The position numbers and the translations under genes were made by a program. From contig JBMYOQ010000018.1 in NCBI GenBank assembly GCA_049599475.1, positions 1 through 62,520 on the forward strand: a DNA stretch of 62,520 nucleotides, read 5' to 3'. Positions 18,801-29,252 of this stretch are shown here, in pieces (the stretch's first letter is position 1; every line of letters begins with the position of its first letter). The notes below the pieces were generated by a model. That model searched no databases. It saw only the letters and a program-made list of their open reading frames with translations, and was not told the DNA's origin. The DNA is from Opitutales bacterium (GTDB lineage Bacteria > Verrucomicrobiota > Verrucomicrobiia > Opitutales > JABSRG01).

Positions 18801-19695
18801 GGGATAGATCTTTCTTGAGTCCGCCAAACCTGAGATCGCTCAAAACGCCACGACCGTTTGGGGTCAGGTGATGAAAATAGTCTTTGTCGACCTCCTCCTG
18901 GTTGTCGGCGAGAATCTCCATATGCTCGAGTGTGTCGATGCGCTCGCCACTGAGTGCGAAATCGATCGATTCGAGGCCTGATAGCGCGGAAGGAATGTTT
19001 CGCGTTAAGGCATTAGAAAAGCTGACTGTCCTGAATTTTTCTTCCTCGTCGGTGGAGGTGGAGTAATCGCCAATGCCAAGGTTTACGCGTGCTTTCGTGC
19101 CCTCGTCGCCGATCCACCAAGCGTAACGGCCGACCGTATTGCTACCGTCGGTGATGACTGTATTGCTTAAATCTACGATGACCTCTTCGTCGTTTCCAGA
19201 ATTTACGGAACCACTGCCGACGAGAGTCGCTGAATCGGAACCGTCTGCAATTGGGGCGCTGGCCTGATTATATGCGGGATCTAGGATGCCATCGGCGTCG
19301 CGAGCATCAGATACGAGCCAGTTGACGAGTTCGCCTTTGGTCAGTCCTTCGTTCGCTATATCAGCGCTGGCCCAGACGCCCACGACGTGTCTGCGGGACA
19401 GATCGCTGGTATTGAAAAGATCGGCTTGCGCCGAGACGCGTTGATCTGGGCCGAGAGACTCCTGAAGTTCGCCCATAGCCATGCGCATGGCAAAGAGGGC
19501 ATTTTGACGTGCCTGTACATCGCCTCTGTCGAATTCGTAAGTCTTTGTTTCCTGCCTACTTAGGACTGTGATGCTCAAAACCAAAAGCACCATAAATGTG
19601 GTCAATGCGAGGGCGACCACTAAGGCAAAACCTGAGCGTCTTCGGGAAATGTAGGTCTGCGGGTCCGACAGGGAGGCGCATTTACGGAAATCCAT
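15845..19695 (-). pseudogene. Verru_Chthon cassette protein A-like / PilX-N giant pseudopilin-associated protein, split by one frameshift (about 1280 aa if joined)
   Basis: ORF 17518..19695 begins with a prepilin-like RRSGFALVVAL segment, then ARQNALFA...LGPDQRVSA and YAWWIGDEGTKA. ORF 15845..17650 has FNVNSTS..AW.A.L, PFLTLSEFINR, ARSDCFRIRAYGE and GRKFQVISFRWLSEDEV. The two frames overlap between 17518 and ~17713. Confidence 0.8.
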
Positions 19696-20123
19696 GCACC
19701 AAATGTCGGATTCAGAACCTAATAATGAAATCTTACTGGGCGCTTCTCAGAAAAGACTTTAAGAACTATGTATTCACTTAGTTTTAGGATGCTAAGTGAT
19801 CTAGGAAGCTCGCCTGCTTTGGCTCATAGTGCGCTCGCGAGGACTGTTTGTTTCTACTGAACCGTGAAATCTGAACCCAACTCGATGCTTTGGCCCAGTT
19901 TGAGATGAAACTGCTTTTCTTGCCCCTGGTATCGGAGGGTGAAGGGTAGCACTCAATGAAGAGTAATTAGGCAATTTCCGTCAGCGAGGTTACGGAAAAG
20001 TGGGAGGGACCTGTCTCAAATAACACCAGTAATTCAGATATTGTGACAAGCCAAAGGGGCATTTCTGATGGGCTATCCGTTGATCTCCGGAAGCTCATTC
20101 ATCTCTAAACTTCCTGCGAGCGC

Positions 20124-20840
20124 CTAGTGGCTGACACTCAACCCATGAACCAATAGTTCGGTAAGGATGGGGAGATGTATGCCCTGAAGCTGAGATACCG
20201 ATTGCCCAGGGAATTCGTAGGTGATCACATGATGATCGTTCTCCGCGCACCAGGAGCCGAATGAACCTGGTGTCGGGTAACCAATATCTGTTACCAGTTC
20301 TAAGCCCGAGCGCTGGGCAATCCATTTTCCGAGAGGCGAGTCCTTGGGATCGTCGATACAGCCTAAGGGGGCATGAAGCGCGATCGTTGATTTGGGCTGC
20401 AAGCGCTTCATGAGATTCATCAAGCCCAAGGTCTCTGGTTCAGAGCCTGGTTTGGAGCCCGTTGAGAAAGCGACGCGATCGCCTTCGGGGGACCACCGAG
20501 TATGCACCGGCGCCTCCTGCCAATTGGATGCTGGAAAATTTCGATTCAGCTCGACGCCGCGTGCATTGCATCGAGTGCCCAGCAATACACCGTCGGGGTT
20601 GGCGCTGAGGACCACTGCACAGCGTTCCGATTCAAACTCGATCGAGCGCAGCGCTTTGGAAAGCAAGGCGGTGGTTTCGGATTCCTCTCCATGGATGGCC
20701 GCGAACAGAAGAATATCCGTCTCGCCTGATTTGGGTAACCATACTTCGAGCGGTAGGCCCTTTGAGGAAGTGCCATAACGTTTCGGGCTGAAACGGACAT
20801 GACCACGGTCGGAAATAGGAATGAGTCCATCCATGTTCAC
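20124..20840 (-). CDS. mpaA: Murein tripeptide amidase (M14 Zn carboxypeptidase)
   Basis: AAIHGEE, NPDG...RCNARGVELNRNFP, SEPET, LHAPL, GYPTPGSFGSW and ITYEFP motifs; adjacent to the epimerase gene. Confidence 0.9.
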   Translation of the reverse strand: MNMDGLIPISDRGHVRFSPKRYGTSSKGLPLEVWLPKSGETDILLFAAIHGEESETTALLSKALRSIEFESERCAVVLSANPDGVLLGTRCNARGVELNRNFPASNWQEAPVHTRWSPEGDRVAFSTGSKPGSEPETLGLMNLMKRLQPKSTIALHAPLGCIDDPKDSPLGKWIAQRSGLELVTDIGYPTPGSFGSWCAENDHHVITYEFPGQSVSQLQGIHLPILTELLVHGLSVSH

Positions 20841-20841
20841 T

Positions 20842-21942
20842 TTACCGGCATACCTGCCAGCCCTCCGTTAAAAATGAAGGATCCTTAGCCACTGCACCTA
20901 TTCCTGAACCATGGATCAATGGGGCGCGGTCAATAGTCCCAGAATCGAAAACTGCACCATCGAAGGGATCGTTTGCCGATAATGCCGCTCCGTCTAGGTC
21001 GAGAGTGTCGGCGAGGCCCATTAGATGAGCCGCGCATGAGATAAGAAGGCTCGATTCGATCATGCATCCAATCATTGTTTTGAGACCGAGCTCTCGGGCT
21101 TTCTGTAGAGCGCGCGCTGCTGCAAACGGCCCTCCGGTTTTGACGAGTTTCACATTCACCCAGTCAAAGTGTTCCACAGCGATATTGGCGTCGGCGCTCG
21201 ACAGGTAGGACTCATCCGCCATCAGAGGTAGTGGGCTTCTTGCTTTGAGCCAGGACTTATCCATGTCGCTGGTATCTCGGGGCATCGGTTGTTCGACACA
21301 TTCAATCAAGGGGTCTTGGGCGAAAGCTTCGATGTTTTTTAGAGCCTCTCCAGGCGTCTTCCAGGCTTCATTAGCATCTACTCTAATTCGTGCCTTGGGA
21401 GCCGCGCGTCTGAGAGCGTCAAGATTCTCCAGATCGCTGGGGAGTCCCACTTTCAGTTTGAGTAGTGGATTAGAGCGTGCGTCGGCTGTCTTGCGTTCAA
21501 TGACTTCAGGGGTGTCGAGCCCAATGGTGAAAGACGACTCCGTTTCTAGTGGCTTGTCAGGGAGATTTAAAAGGGTGCATAGGCTGTTGTCTGAGGAGAT
21601 TCCCGCTCCGTTCCAAAGAGCGGAGGAGAGTGCGCATTTGGCTGCAAAATTTTTGGAGCCCGACTGCGCAATGTATGACTCCGAAGAAACCGGATCGGTG
21701 AAATCGAGACGCGTGCGATCGATTTTCTTAAAATAATCGATGAGGGTCTCTGGGCTCTCATTGTAGTAGGGGACGGGGGATGCTTCCCCGATACCGAGCA
21801 CCCCGGACTTATCCTCGAGCTTTACGAAAACCGTCTTCGTGTGCGACAGGCCCGCGCCATCGACACCCTGGCGGCTCGCAATACTCCACGAATCGCGCAT
21901 TTGGAGGTCGAAAGTTTTATAACTCAGCTGAATGTCGGGCAT
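20842..21942 (-). CDS. L-Ala-D/L-Glu dipeptide epimerase (enolase superfamily)
   Basis: KLKVG, RVDANEAW, EQP, ADES, NVKLVKTGG, GCMIES and DLDG motifs. Confidence 0.9.
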   Translation of the reverse strand: MPDIQLSYKTFDLQMRDSWSIASRQGVDGAGLSHTKTVFVKLEDKSGVLGIGEASPVPYYNESPETLIDYFKKIDRTRLDFTDPVSSESYIAQSGSKNFAAKCALSSALWNGAGISSDNSLCTLLNLPDKPLETESSFTIGLDTPEVIERKTADARSNPLLKLKVGLPSDLENLDALRRAAPKARIRVDANEAWKTPGEALKNIEAFAQDPLIECVEQPMPRDTSDMDKSWLKARSPLPLMADESYLSSADANIAVEHFDWVNVKLVKTGGPFAAARALQKARELGLKTMIGCMIESSLLISCAAHLMGLADTLDLDGAALSANDPFDGAVFDSGTIDRAPLIHGSGIGAVAKDPSFLTEGWQVCR

Positions 21943-22120
21943 TTAAGGGCGTGCGTCTATCATGTGACGTGCCAGTAGCATTGGCTTATTCCACTTTTTC
22001 GAAGCTCCATCCGAGCCTAATTGAGATTAATTCTTGAGTTGCACCTGTGGAAACCTATACCACTTTTGGTTTTTGCAGATTCTATCTGTAACACATTCGA
22101 AACTTTTCCCAAATACCATC

Positions 22121-22969
22121 GTGCCGACTGAGCCACTTACTGAAGAACAGATCGAAGACCTTAAAGACTCCCTGAAAAGATGTCCTGAAGGCACATTCGA
22201 GGCCGCTCTCAAATTCCGTGAAACTGGAGATTCCTCACTTGTAGAGGGGATCGTAATTGGGATAGTAAAACGTTATTTGGAGCCGGAAATGCGCCCCAAG
22301 ATTGACGAAGCCACTGATAGCACACTTCTGATGGAAGATCTGGGCATCGATTCACTGACTATGATGGAAGTCGTGATCTTGGTGGAGGAAACACTCGGGG
22401 TGAGCTTTGATAATGATGAGCTGCGCGAGATTCGGACTTTTGGAGATATGCGGAATTTTATGACGTCGCGAGCTGGCGCTGAAGGAGGGGAAGTAGAAGA
22501 GAGCAACGTGAAGAATATTCCGATCAACGATATTCTGGAGATCATGCCTCACCAAACACCTTTCTTGTTCATCGATTCGGCGAAAATTGTCGATGGCGAG
22601 TTTACGGCCACATACAAAATCCGCGGTACCGAAGATTTCTTGCAAGGGCACTTTAAGAACAACCCGGTTTTCCCAGCCTCGATTATGATCGAAGCTCTTG
22701 GACAGGTCGGAGTCCTATTCCTTTTGAAAAGTGAATCAGAAATGCTGCATCGTGAAGTGCGTCCGGATTCCATTTACTTTACATCCTGTGATGGGGTGCG
22801 CTGTCACCGTGTATGCAAGCCTGGTGACGAGCTGACCATGACGATCACTCCGAAGCGGGTGCGCCGTCCACTGGCGACATTTGAAGGGTCGATTACAGTG
22901 GGTAGTGAAAAGACTGCTTACGCCGAGTCGATTACATTGCTCTTCGATTACGTAGAGGCCGCCTCTTAG
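22121..22969 (+). CDS. Acyl carrier protein - FabZ/FabA-like dehydratase fusion
   Basis: ACP motif DLGIDSLTMMEVV, then PHQTPFLFID...GHFKNNPVFPASIMIEALGQ in one ORF; likely start GTG 22121. Confidence 0.85.
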   Translation: MPTEPLTEEQIEDLKDSLKRCPEGTFEAALKFRETGDSSLVEGIVIGIVKRYLEPEMRPKIDEATDSTLLMEDLGIDSLTMMEVVILVEETLGVSFDNDELREIRTFGDMRNFMTSRAGAEGGEVEESNVKNIPINDILEIMPHQTPFLFIDSAKIVDGEFTATYKIRGTEDFLQGHFKNNPVFPASIMIEALGQVGVLFLLKSESEMLHREVRPDSIYFTSCDGVRCHRVCKPGDELTMTITPKRVRRPLATFEGSITVGSEKTAYAESITLLFDYVEAAS

Positions 22970-22990
22970 AAACGCATTTTAGCAAAGCTC

Positions 22991-24226
22991 GTGGAAAGTG
23001 CGCGTAGTATGCCGTCTCAATCTAAGACGGGCAGGCTCGTTTATCTTGCCACGACATTTCCAAAACTCTCTGAGACTTTTGTGCAGAGGGAAATTCAGGG
23101 CCTACTTGATGCGGGGCTCGATATTGAGATACGCTCTATCTGGGGAGGTGGCACCGAATTCGCGGGTCGGCCGGTTATAAAATTTAACATGTGGGAGCTT
23201 ATCGGGGTCCCGTATTGGTTGTTATACTGGGGCATCCGAAAGCCGCGGGTGATTGCGCAATTCCTCGGATATCTGGTGAGCCGACCGTGTAATTGGTTGA
23301 ACTTTCAAGAAATTTACTTGGGGGCTGGGTATGGATTGCTCAAAGCTAATTTACTGCGCAAGTCGGGGGCTCGCAAAATGCACACGACTTGGGCGACGAT
23401 GCCAGCGACAACTGCGCTGATGGTGCATCGCTTGGTTGGAATACCTTACTCAATAGGAGCGCACGCGTACGATATATATGTTGCTGGCGGAGACGGGCTG
23501 TTGAAAGAGAAAGTGGAGTCGGCTCAGTTCATCCAATCATCGAACCAAACCGCGCGTGCCGAGCTGATTAGAAGATTTCCGAATCATTCGGATAAGATGC
23601 ATTGCATACGGCGTTGTCTCACCGAGATGCCACCGTATATCCCGCGTGGACCGAAATCATCCAAGCGACTTTCATTTCTTTCGGTGGGACGACTCGTGCC
23701 CAAAAAAGGATTTTTAAATCTCCTAAGGCTTGTGGCCAGTGCGAAGAGCGCTGGGTATGAATGGTCTATAAAAATTGTCGGTGAGGGCCCGCAAAAAGAA
23801 CAGCTTGCAGCAGAAATGAAGCGGCTCGATATCGAAGATAGGGTCTCGTTAACGGGTCCCCTCGATTTCGAATCGGTGAAGCGTGAATATGGCTCAGCGG
23901 ATGCCTTTCTCTTTGCCGGAGTGGTGGCGCCCGATGGTGATCGTGATGGCCTGCCTAATGTAATACCGGAGGCGATGGCTTACTCATTACCGGTGTTGGC
24001 TGAACCTAATCCCGGAGTGCAAGAGGCTATTGTAGATGGGGAGACGGGATGGCTCGTAGAGTTTCAGAACACCGCAGGCGCGATCCAAAAAATAGAGGCA
24101 GCGCTATCTTCAAACGACTCTGACAAGGTATTGGAAAATGCCTACAATTGGGTGCAGGAGCATTTCGATATCTCTCGGACTGCGGCTCAGCTCATAAAGC
24201 TTCATTCAACAACGGAGGTATCGTGA
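22991..24226 (+). CDS. GT4 glycosyltransferase (WcaL-like)
   Basis: FPKLSETFVQREI, AHAYDI, VGRLVPKKG and DGDRDGLPNVIPEAMA motifs. Confidence 0.9.
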   Translation: MESARSMPSQSKTGRLVYLATTFPKLSETFVQREIQGLLDAGLDIEIRSIWGGGTEFAGRPVIKFNMWELIGVPYWLLYWGIRKPRVIAQFLGYLVSRPCNWLNFQEIYLGAGYGLLKANLLRKSGARKMHTTWATMPATTALMVHRLVGIPYSIGAHAYDIYVAGGDGLLKEKVESAQFIQSSNQTARAELIRRFPNHSDKMHCIRRCLTEMPPYIPRGPKSSKRLSFLSVGRLVPKKGFLNLLRLVASAKSAGYEWSIKIVGEGPQKEQLAAEMKRLDIEDRVSLTGPLDFESVKREYGSADAFLFAGVVAPDGDRDGLPNVIPEAMAYSLPVLAEPNPGVQEAIVDGETGWLVEFQNTAGAIQKIEAALSSNDSDKVLENAYNWVQEHFDISRTAAQLIKLHSTTEVS

Positions 24227-25305
24227 GGCGGCTTTTTATAGACCATACCAAGACGTCAAGCTCGGGGCATATTTCTGGACTGAATCGGGTAAACCTTCGG
24301 ATCTCGGAGGAATTAGAATCCGCCTGTCCTCAGCAAGTCTTTCGCGTGAAATGGAGTCGATGGCGGAGGACGTTTGTTTCAGTCGAAACAGGAGCACCGG
24401 TCAGACCAACGGCCGAAGATAGTTATCTCGTCGCTGAAGCGTTTGATCCTCAAAAATTATGGAGGTGGCAAGCTGCTGTCAAACAGTGGCCGGGGCAGAC
24501 GTATGCTATCTTCCATGACAATATTCCAGGGACTCACCCGGAGCTCTGTTTTCCGCATGTTGTGAAACGTCATCCTGCTTATTTACAAGCTCTCACGAAT
24601 TTTAATCAGGTCCTCTCGGTTTCCAAAGCGAGCCTATTAGAGCTGAAAAAGGCAATTGGGGATACGTGCCCGCCGGCAAAAGTCATTCAGCTGGGGGCGG
24701 ACTATTCAGGTATCAAGGAGGGCAATACATGTCTGCGAAAGGAACGCCTGGAGCAGCTGGGACAAAAGGTCAGTGCGCTCATGGTTGGGATTGTTGAACC
24801 TCGGAAAAACCAGTTGGCCGCCTTGGAAGCCCAACGCATACTGGCTGAGCAGGGGATAACGCTCGAGTTGACAATTGTTGGTAGGCTAAACGATCACTTT
24901 GGCGAGGCCATCAAACAGAAAATCGAAAAGCAGATCAGAGAAGGGTATCCATGTCGCTATGTCGGAGCGGTCGCGGATTCTCAGCTTGATGAACTCTATA
25001 CTCAGGCAGATGTCTTACTATTTCCGTCGATTGTAGAAGGGTTCGGTTTACCTCCATTTGAAGCCCTCGCCCGCGGCGTGCCTTGCATATCCCATCGCTT
25101 ACCCAGTGTATTTGAATTCTTAGAAGACGCTCCAATAATCTGGTGCGACGCCCCTACCGGAGAATCCCTCGCCAAAGGCATTTCACGCTTCGCAAACGAT
25201 CTCGAATTCCGTAAAAATTTCCCAGAGAAAGCCCAATCCTTTCACCTTCCCAAATGGAAAGATACCGCCCTACAAATCGCAGAAATCACCGGACTGTCTG
25301 AATAG
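24223..25305 (+). CDS. GT4 glycosyltransferase
   Basis: VGIVEPRKN and FPSIVEGFGLPPFEA motifs; GTGA overlap with the upstream gene and a GGAGGT Shine-Dalgarno give start 24223. Confidence 0.88.
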   Translation: MRRLFIDHTKTSSSGHISGLNRVNLRISEELESACPQQVFRVKWSRWRRTFVSVETGAPVRPTAEDSYLVAEAFDPQKLWRWQAAVKQWPGQTYAIFHDNIPGTHPELCFPHVVKRHPAYLQALTNFNQVLSVSKASLLELKKAIGDTCPPAKVIQLGADYSGIKEGNTCLRKERLEQLGQKVSALMVGIVEPRKNQLAALEAQRILAEQGITLELTIVGRLNDHFGEAIKQKIEKQIREGYPCRYVGAVADSQLDELYTQADVLLFPSIVEGFGLPPFEALARGVPCISHRLPSVFEFLEDAPIIWCDAPTGESLAKGISRFANDLEFRKNFPEKAQSFHLPKWKDTALQIAEITGLSE

Positions 25306-25320
25306 TGCGGTATTCCCTAA

Positions 25321-26727
25321 TTACTCCGCTGGATCGGTTTGGTGTCTCTGCTGAAGGGCGAGGATACGTGTTTCTACTTCTAGGGCCAAGGGAGCTAGCT
25401 CGAACTCTGTGGGCTTGCCGGTTGCGATTACCTGTTTACCTCCGACATAGATAGATTCGATATTTGAGGCTGAGCAGGCGAAGACAAGGTGTGCGGCTAC
25501 ATCCCATACCGGACCCGTGATCGGAGACTTCGGGTTGATTATCAGAAAATCTGCGAATTTACCTGGCTCAAGAGAGCCGACGTATTTTTCTACCCCAAGA
25601 ACTTTTGCGGTATCGATTGTGTGTAAACGCAGCATGTCGATAGGCTGAAGGCCTTGGCTGTGCTCTTCTCGCATGCGGGTGGCGTAGAGGCCCATGCGCA
25701 TATTTTGAAATGGATCCGAGGTGTCGGCGCTCGCTTGGCCATCGACTCCCATAGCCACGGGTAGGCCCTTTTCGAGATACTTGGGGATATCGGCAAGACC
25801 CGACCCGAGCCGCCCGTTGGAAAGCGGGTTCCACACCATACCTACGCCAGCCTCGATGCTTTCGTTCAAGATAGTATCATCGGTGTGGATGAAGTGAGCG
25901 AATGTGGCCCGCTTACTGGGAATGCCCGCCTTTTTGTATTTAGGCCAATTTGCACGATCGGATTCTTGGCGTCCCGACTGTTCGAGATAGTGGATTTGGT
26001 AATTTATATCCAAGGACTCCGCCAGTTCGACCTGAGCTTTCGTCGAGTCCGGCGGTCCATAGGGTTGTAGGTTTAGGGCCACATCCAAGAGCGGGCTCGC
26101 GGGCTTGGGGTCTACCTTCTTTTTGAGAGCCGCAATGCGTGGCGCCCAGAGTTTCGATTCCCCTTGAAAGTCGACGCAACTGGAGAAGATAAAACGCTGG
26201 GGAATCTCCATTTCTGCCTCGAACTGTTCGATGAAAATCGCGTAGTCGTGGTCCAACCAATGCGTGTGATTATAGGTCGTGGTCACACCATGGCATAGTT
26301 GATCCCAGGCACCATGCGCGGTGAAGGCCTTCATATCGCCTTCTGTAAAATTGTCCCCGTATGTCCAGTGTAGGGCTTGTAGCCAGGGCCATAGTTCGCC
26401 GTCTGGGGCAATACCACGAAAGGCACTTTGCCAAAGGTGGCTATGCCCAGAGACAAAACCGGGCATAACAATTTTACCCTCAAGGCTGATGATGTTGGCG
26501 GCGGAAGCGACGGTCTCGCTGTCGGGTTCGCCCTTACCAAGGCTAGTAATGTAGCCATCGTCGCTCACGAGCATCCAAGCATCTGAGATCGCGTCCACAT
26601 CTTCGGTCATGGGGACCAAGGTCATTTCGCGAAAGAGCGTTTGGCCGAACACCCCAGTCGCCGAGAACATTCCCGAAAACAATGCAAAAGAAAACGAGAA
26701 GAACAGAGTTTTACTGCAGCGTATCAT
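25321..26727 (-). CDS. Metal-dependent amidohydrolase/deaminase (SsnA/AtzA/MtaD-like) with a probable signal peptide
   Basis: PGFVSGHSHLWQ, HYLE, AHFIH, NPLSNGRLGSG, GVDG and GSLEPGKFAD motifs; likely start ATG 26727. Confidence 0.88.
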   Translation of the reverse strand: MIRCSKTLFFSFSFALFSGMFSATGVFGQTLFREMTLVPMTEDVDAISDAWMLVSDDGYITSLGKGEPDSETVASAANIISLEGKIVMPGFVSGHSHLWQSAFRGIAPDGELWPWLQALHWTYGDNFTEGDMKAFTAHGAWDQLCHGVTTTYNHTHWLDHDYAIFIEQFEAEMEIPQRFIFSSCVDFQGESKLWAPRIAALKKKVDPKPASPLLDVALNLQPYGPPDSTKAQVELAESLDINYQIHYLEQSGRQESDRANWPKYKKAGIPSKRATFAHFIHTDDTILNESIEAGVGMVWNPLSNGRLGSGLADIPKYLEKGLPVAMGVDGQASADTSDPFQNMRMGLYATRMREEHSQGLQPIDMLRLHTIDTAKVLGVEKYVGSLEPGKFADFLIINPKSPITGPVWDVAAHLVFACSASNIESIYVGGKQVIATGKPTEFELAPLALEVETRILALQQRHQTDPAE

Positions 26728-26881
26728 AAATGAATGAGGGCAGAATGCGTGCCACTGCTGGAGGGCAGCGTCAATCTCCTGGCCGCGCTGTCCCATCTAC
26801 GATGGGGTTCTTGTTGGGTGCCCAGAGAATTCGATCCCTTACTGTCAATTCGACAGATTCTTTGAATATTTGCAGGACCGT

Positions 26882-27736
26882 TTACCTAAACAGCAGAACA
26901 GGGCGGGTAGTGTGGCGAATCAGGGCCGTTGTCGTGCTGCCTACGATGAGTTGTCGGATTCTGGAATGACCGAATGCGCCCATCACGAGAAGGTCTGAGT
27001 TTTCCTGTTCGATGGCATTAGTGATGACCTCGTCTGGGTCGCCGTCGATAAGGTCGGCTTGGACGGTGTAGCCGGCGTTTTTCAACTTTGCCTCTGCTTC
27101 TGCTAGCGCACTTTCGAACTTGGGCTCCGCCTTCTGCACGCAAATAAGGTGACACTCCATATCTTTCAAAAGAGGCTGCGATACGGCGTATTCTACCGCT
27201 TTCATTGCGCTCGGGCCACCGTCGAAAGCGAGTATAAAGCGTTTCATTGGCCAGACGTTCCGTGACGCGACTAAAACCGGATGTGTGCAGCTACGGATGA
27301 CGCGTTCTAAGTTGCTGCCCAAGTGACCTTTTGCAAAGTCTGCGTGGTTCCCGCGTTTTCCCAATATTACTAAATCTGCCTCGCGCTCATAGCGGTCGAT
27401 GGAGTCGCTCAATCGCTCGTGGCGCTGTTCGGTAATGACATTTGAAATACCCGATTTCTCGAGGACCGTGCGTGCATCCTCAAGGATGGCTTCGCCCCGT
27501 TTTTGCGCGACTTTGGCGCGGGCGGCCTCGAGTTCGACAATCTCTTCCATCAGTGCGGTGCGTGCGCCCAGGCCGATAGAGCCGCTGAAGTCCGCATTGA
27601 GTGGACTCTCATGCAAGGGATCGAGCATGTGGAGCACGTGAATCTCTGCTTCTAGGCGTTTCGCCGCCCATGCTGAATACTGGTAAACGCTGTCGGCGTA
27701 TTCGGAGCCGTCTGTGCAAGTAAGGATGCGGGCCAT
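26882..27736 (-). CDS. Tandem-domain universal stress protein
   Basis: ILTCTDGS, LVILGKRG, GSNLERVIR, LLVMGAFGHSRIR and GSTTT motifs. Confidence 0.92.
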   Translation of the reverse strand: MARILTCTDGSEYADSVYQYSAWAAKRLEAEIHVLHMLDPLHESPLNADFSGSIGLGARTALMEEIVELEAARAKVAQKRGEAILEDARTVLEKSGISNVITEQRHERLSDSIDRYEREADLVILGKRGNHADFAKGHLGSNLERVIRSCTHPVLVASRNVWPMKRFILAFDGGPSAMKAVEYAVSQPLLKDMECHLICVQKAEPKFESALAEAEAKLKNAGYTVQADLIDGDPDEVITNAIEQENSDLLVMGAFGHSRIRQLIVGSTTTALIRHTTRPVLLFR

Positions 27737-27767
27737 AATCAGAAAGGTTGGTTCAGAATGTGGGGTA

Positions 27768-29252
27768 TTAGTGAGCGCCTAGGTTGTCCATAGCGCCGGG
27801 CTTGTCGTGTTCAGCAATGCGGAGGACGAGTGTTTTGCTGGCATCGTTCATTCCGCGCAATTCTACCTCAGTGCCCTCACGCCGGAATTTCAAGACAACT
27901 CGGTCTAGGGCGGTCACTGAAGATAGATCCCAGAGGTGTGAGTGCGAGACATCGATCACCACTTTATCGAGCACTTCTTTAAAATCGAAAGCCTCTGAAA
28001 ACTTACTAGCGGATACGAAGAAGAGTTGTCCACATACGGAGTAAACACGCTCCTTTTTGGCGGTATCTAGCTCGGAGCGAATCTCGACCAGTTGAGAGAC
28101 TTTGAAGGCGAAGAAGAGTGCACTGAGTAACACGCCAACGCCTACTCCAATTGCCAAATTATGCGAAAAGACGGTGGAAAGGACGGTGGCGAGCATCACG
28201 ATGCTGGATGCGCGGTTGTGGACGGTAAGGTTCTTAATCGAGGACCAGCTAAAGGTACCGATCGATACCATGATCATCACCGCGACGAGGGCTGCCATCG
28301 GGATTTGTCTTACGAAATCGTCGAGGACCAAAATTAAGATGAGCAGAATAATACCCGCTGAGAATGTGGAAAGGCGCCCGCGTCCTCCTGATTTGATATT
28401 GATGATGGATTGGCCGATCATGGCGCAACCAGCCATGCCACCAAGGAGTCCTGAGCCGATATTTGCAATGCCCTGACCAGTGCACTCGCGGTTCTTCTGG
28501 CTCGGTGTATCCGTGAGATCGTCGACGATAGTGGATGTCATCAACGATTCAAGTAGCCCCACAATGGTGAGTGGGATCACGTAGGGCAGGATGATAAACA
28601 AAGTTTCGAGATTCCATGGGACATCTGGAAGGAGGAAGACTGGCAGGGTCGCTGGGAGCTCGCCTTTGTCTCCGATCGTCGTCAACCCTTCGAGGCCAAA
28701 GGCCATGGAGACCGCGGTAAGTGCGATGATGCAGACGAGGGGTGAGGGGACCGCTTTGGTCAAAAGGGGCAAACCGTAAATAATGCCCAGACCTGCGGCG
28801 ACCATCACATACATCAACCAGCCCTGACCGTTGAATTCAGGGAGTTGGGCCATGAAAATTAGAATAGCCAGTGCATTCACGAATCCAGTGACCACCGATC
28901 GCGAGACGAAACACATCAAATTACCCAGTTTAAAAATACCTGCGAAGATCTGCAGAACGCCCGTAAGGAGAGTTGCCGCGAGAAGATATTCAAGGCCATG
29001 TTCCTTGACGAGCGTCACCATCAACAGGGCCATCGCACCCGTCGCAGCGGAGATCATCCCCGGGCGTCCGCCTACGAAGGCGATCAACACAGCCATACAG
29101 AACGATGCATATAAGCCGACCTGAGGATCGACTCCAGCGATGATAGAGAAGGCAATGGCTTCGGGAATCAGAGCCAGCGCAACCACGGTGCCAGCGATGA
29201 TATCGCGGCGCGGATTACTAAACCATTCTTGGAAATATTGATTTTTTGTCAT
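27768..29252 (-). CDS. SulP family inorganic anion transporter with a STAS domain
   Basis: [33 protein letters not shown] and GQLFF motifs. Confidence 0.95.
   Translation of the reverse strand: MTKNQYFQEWFSNPRRDIIAGTVVALALIPEAIAFSIIAGVDPQVGLYASFCMAVLIAFVGGRPGMISAATGAMALLMVTLVKEHGLEYLLAATLLTGVLQIFAGIFKLGNLMCFVSRSVVTGFVNALAILIFMAQLPEFNGQGWLMYVMVAAGLGIIYGLPLLTKAVPSPLVCIIALTAVSMAFGLEGLTTIGDKGELPATLPVFLLPDVPWNLETLFIILPYVIPLTIVGLLESLMTSTIVDDLTDTPSQKNRECTGQGIANIGSGLLGGMAGCAMIGQSIINIKSGGRGRLSTFSAGIILLILILVLDDFVRQIPMAALVAVMIMVSIGTFSWSSIKNLTVHNRASSIVMLATVLSTVFSHNLAIGVGVGVLLSALFFAFKVSQLVEIRSELDTAKKERVYSVCGQLFFVSASKFSEAFDFKEVLDKVVIDVSHSHLWDLSSVTALDRVVLKFRREGTEVELRGMNDASKTLVLRIAEHDKPGAMDNLGAH

Noticed and set aside
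19696..20123. ncRNA or riboswitch in the 430-bp gap upstream of the cassette-A-like gene
   Set aside because: Only short imperfect hairpins (e.g. tttccgt...acggaaa); no recognisable family motif.
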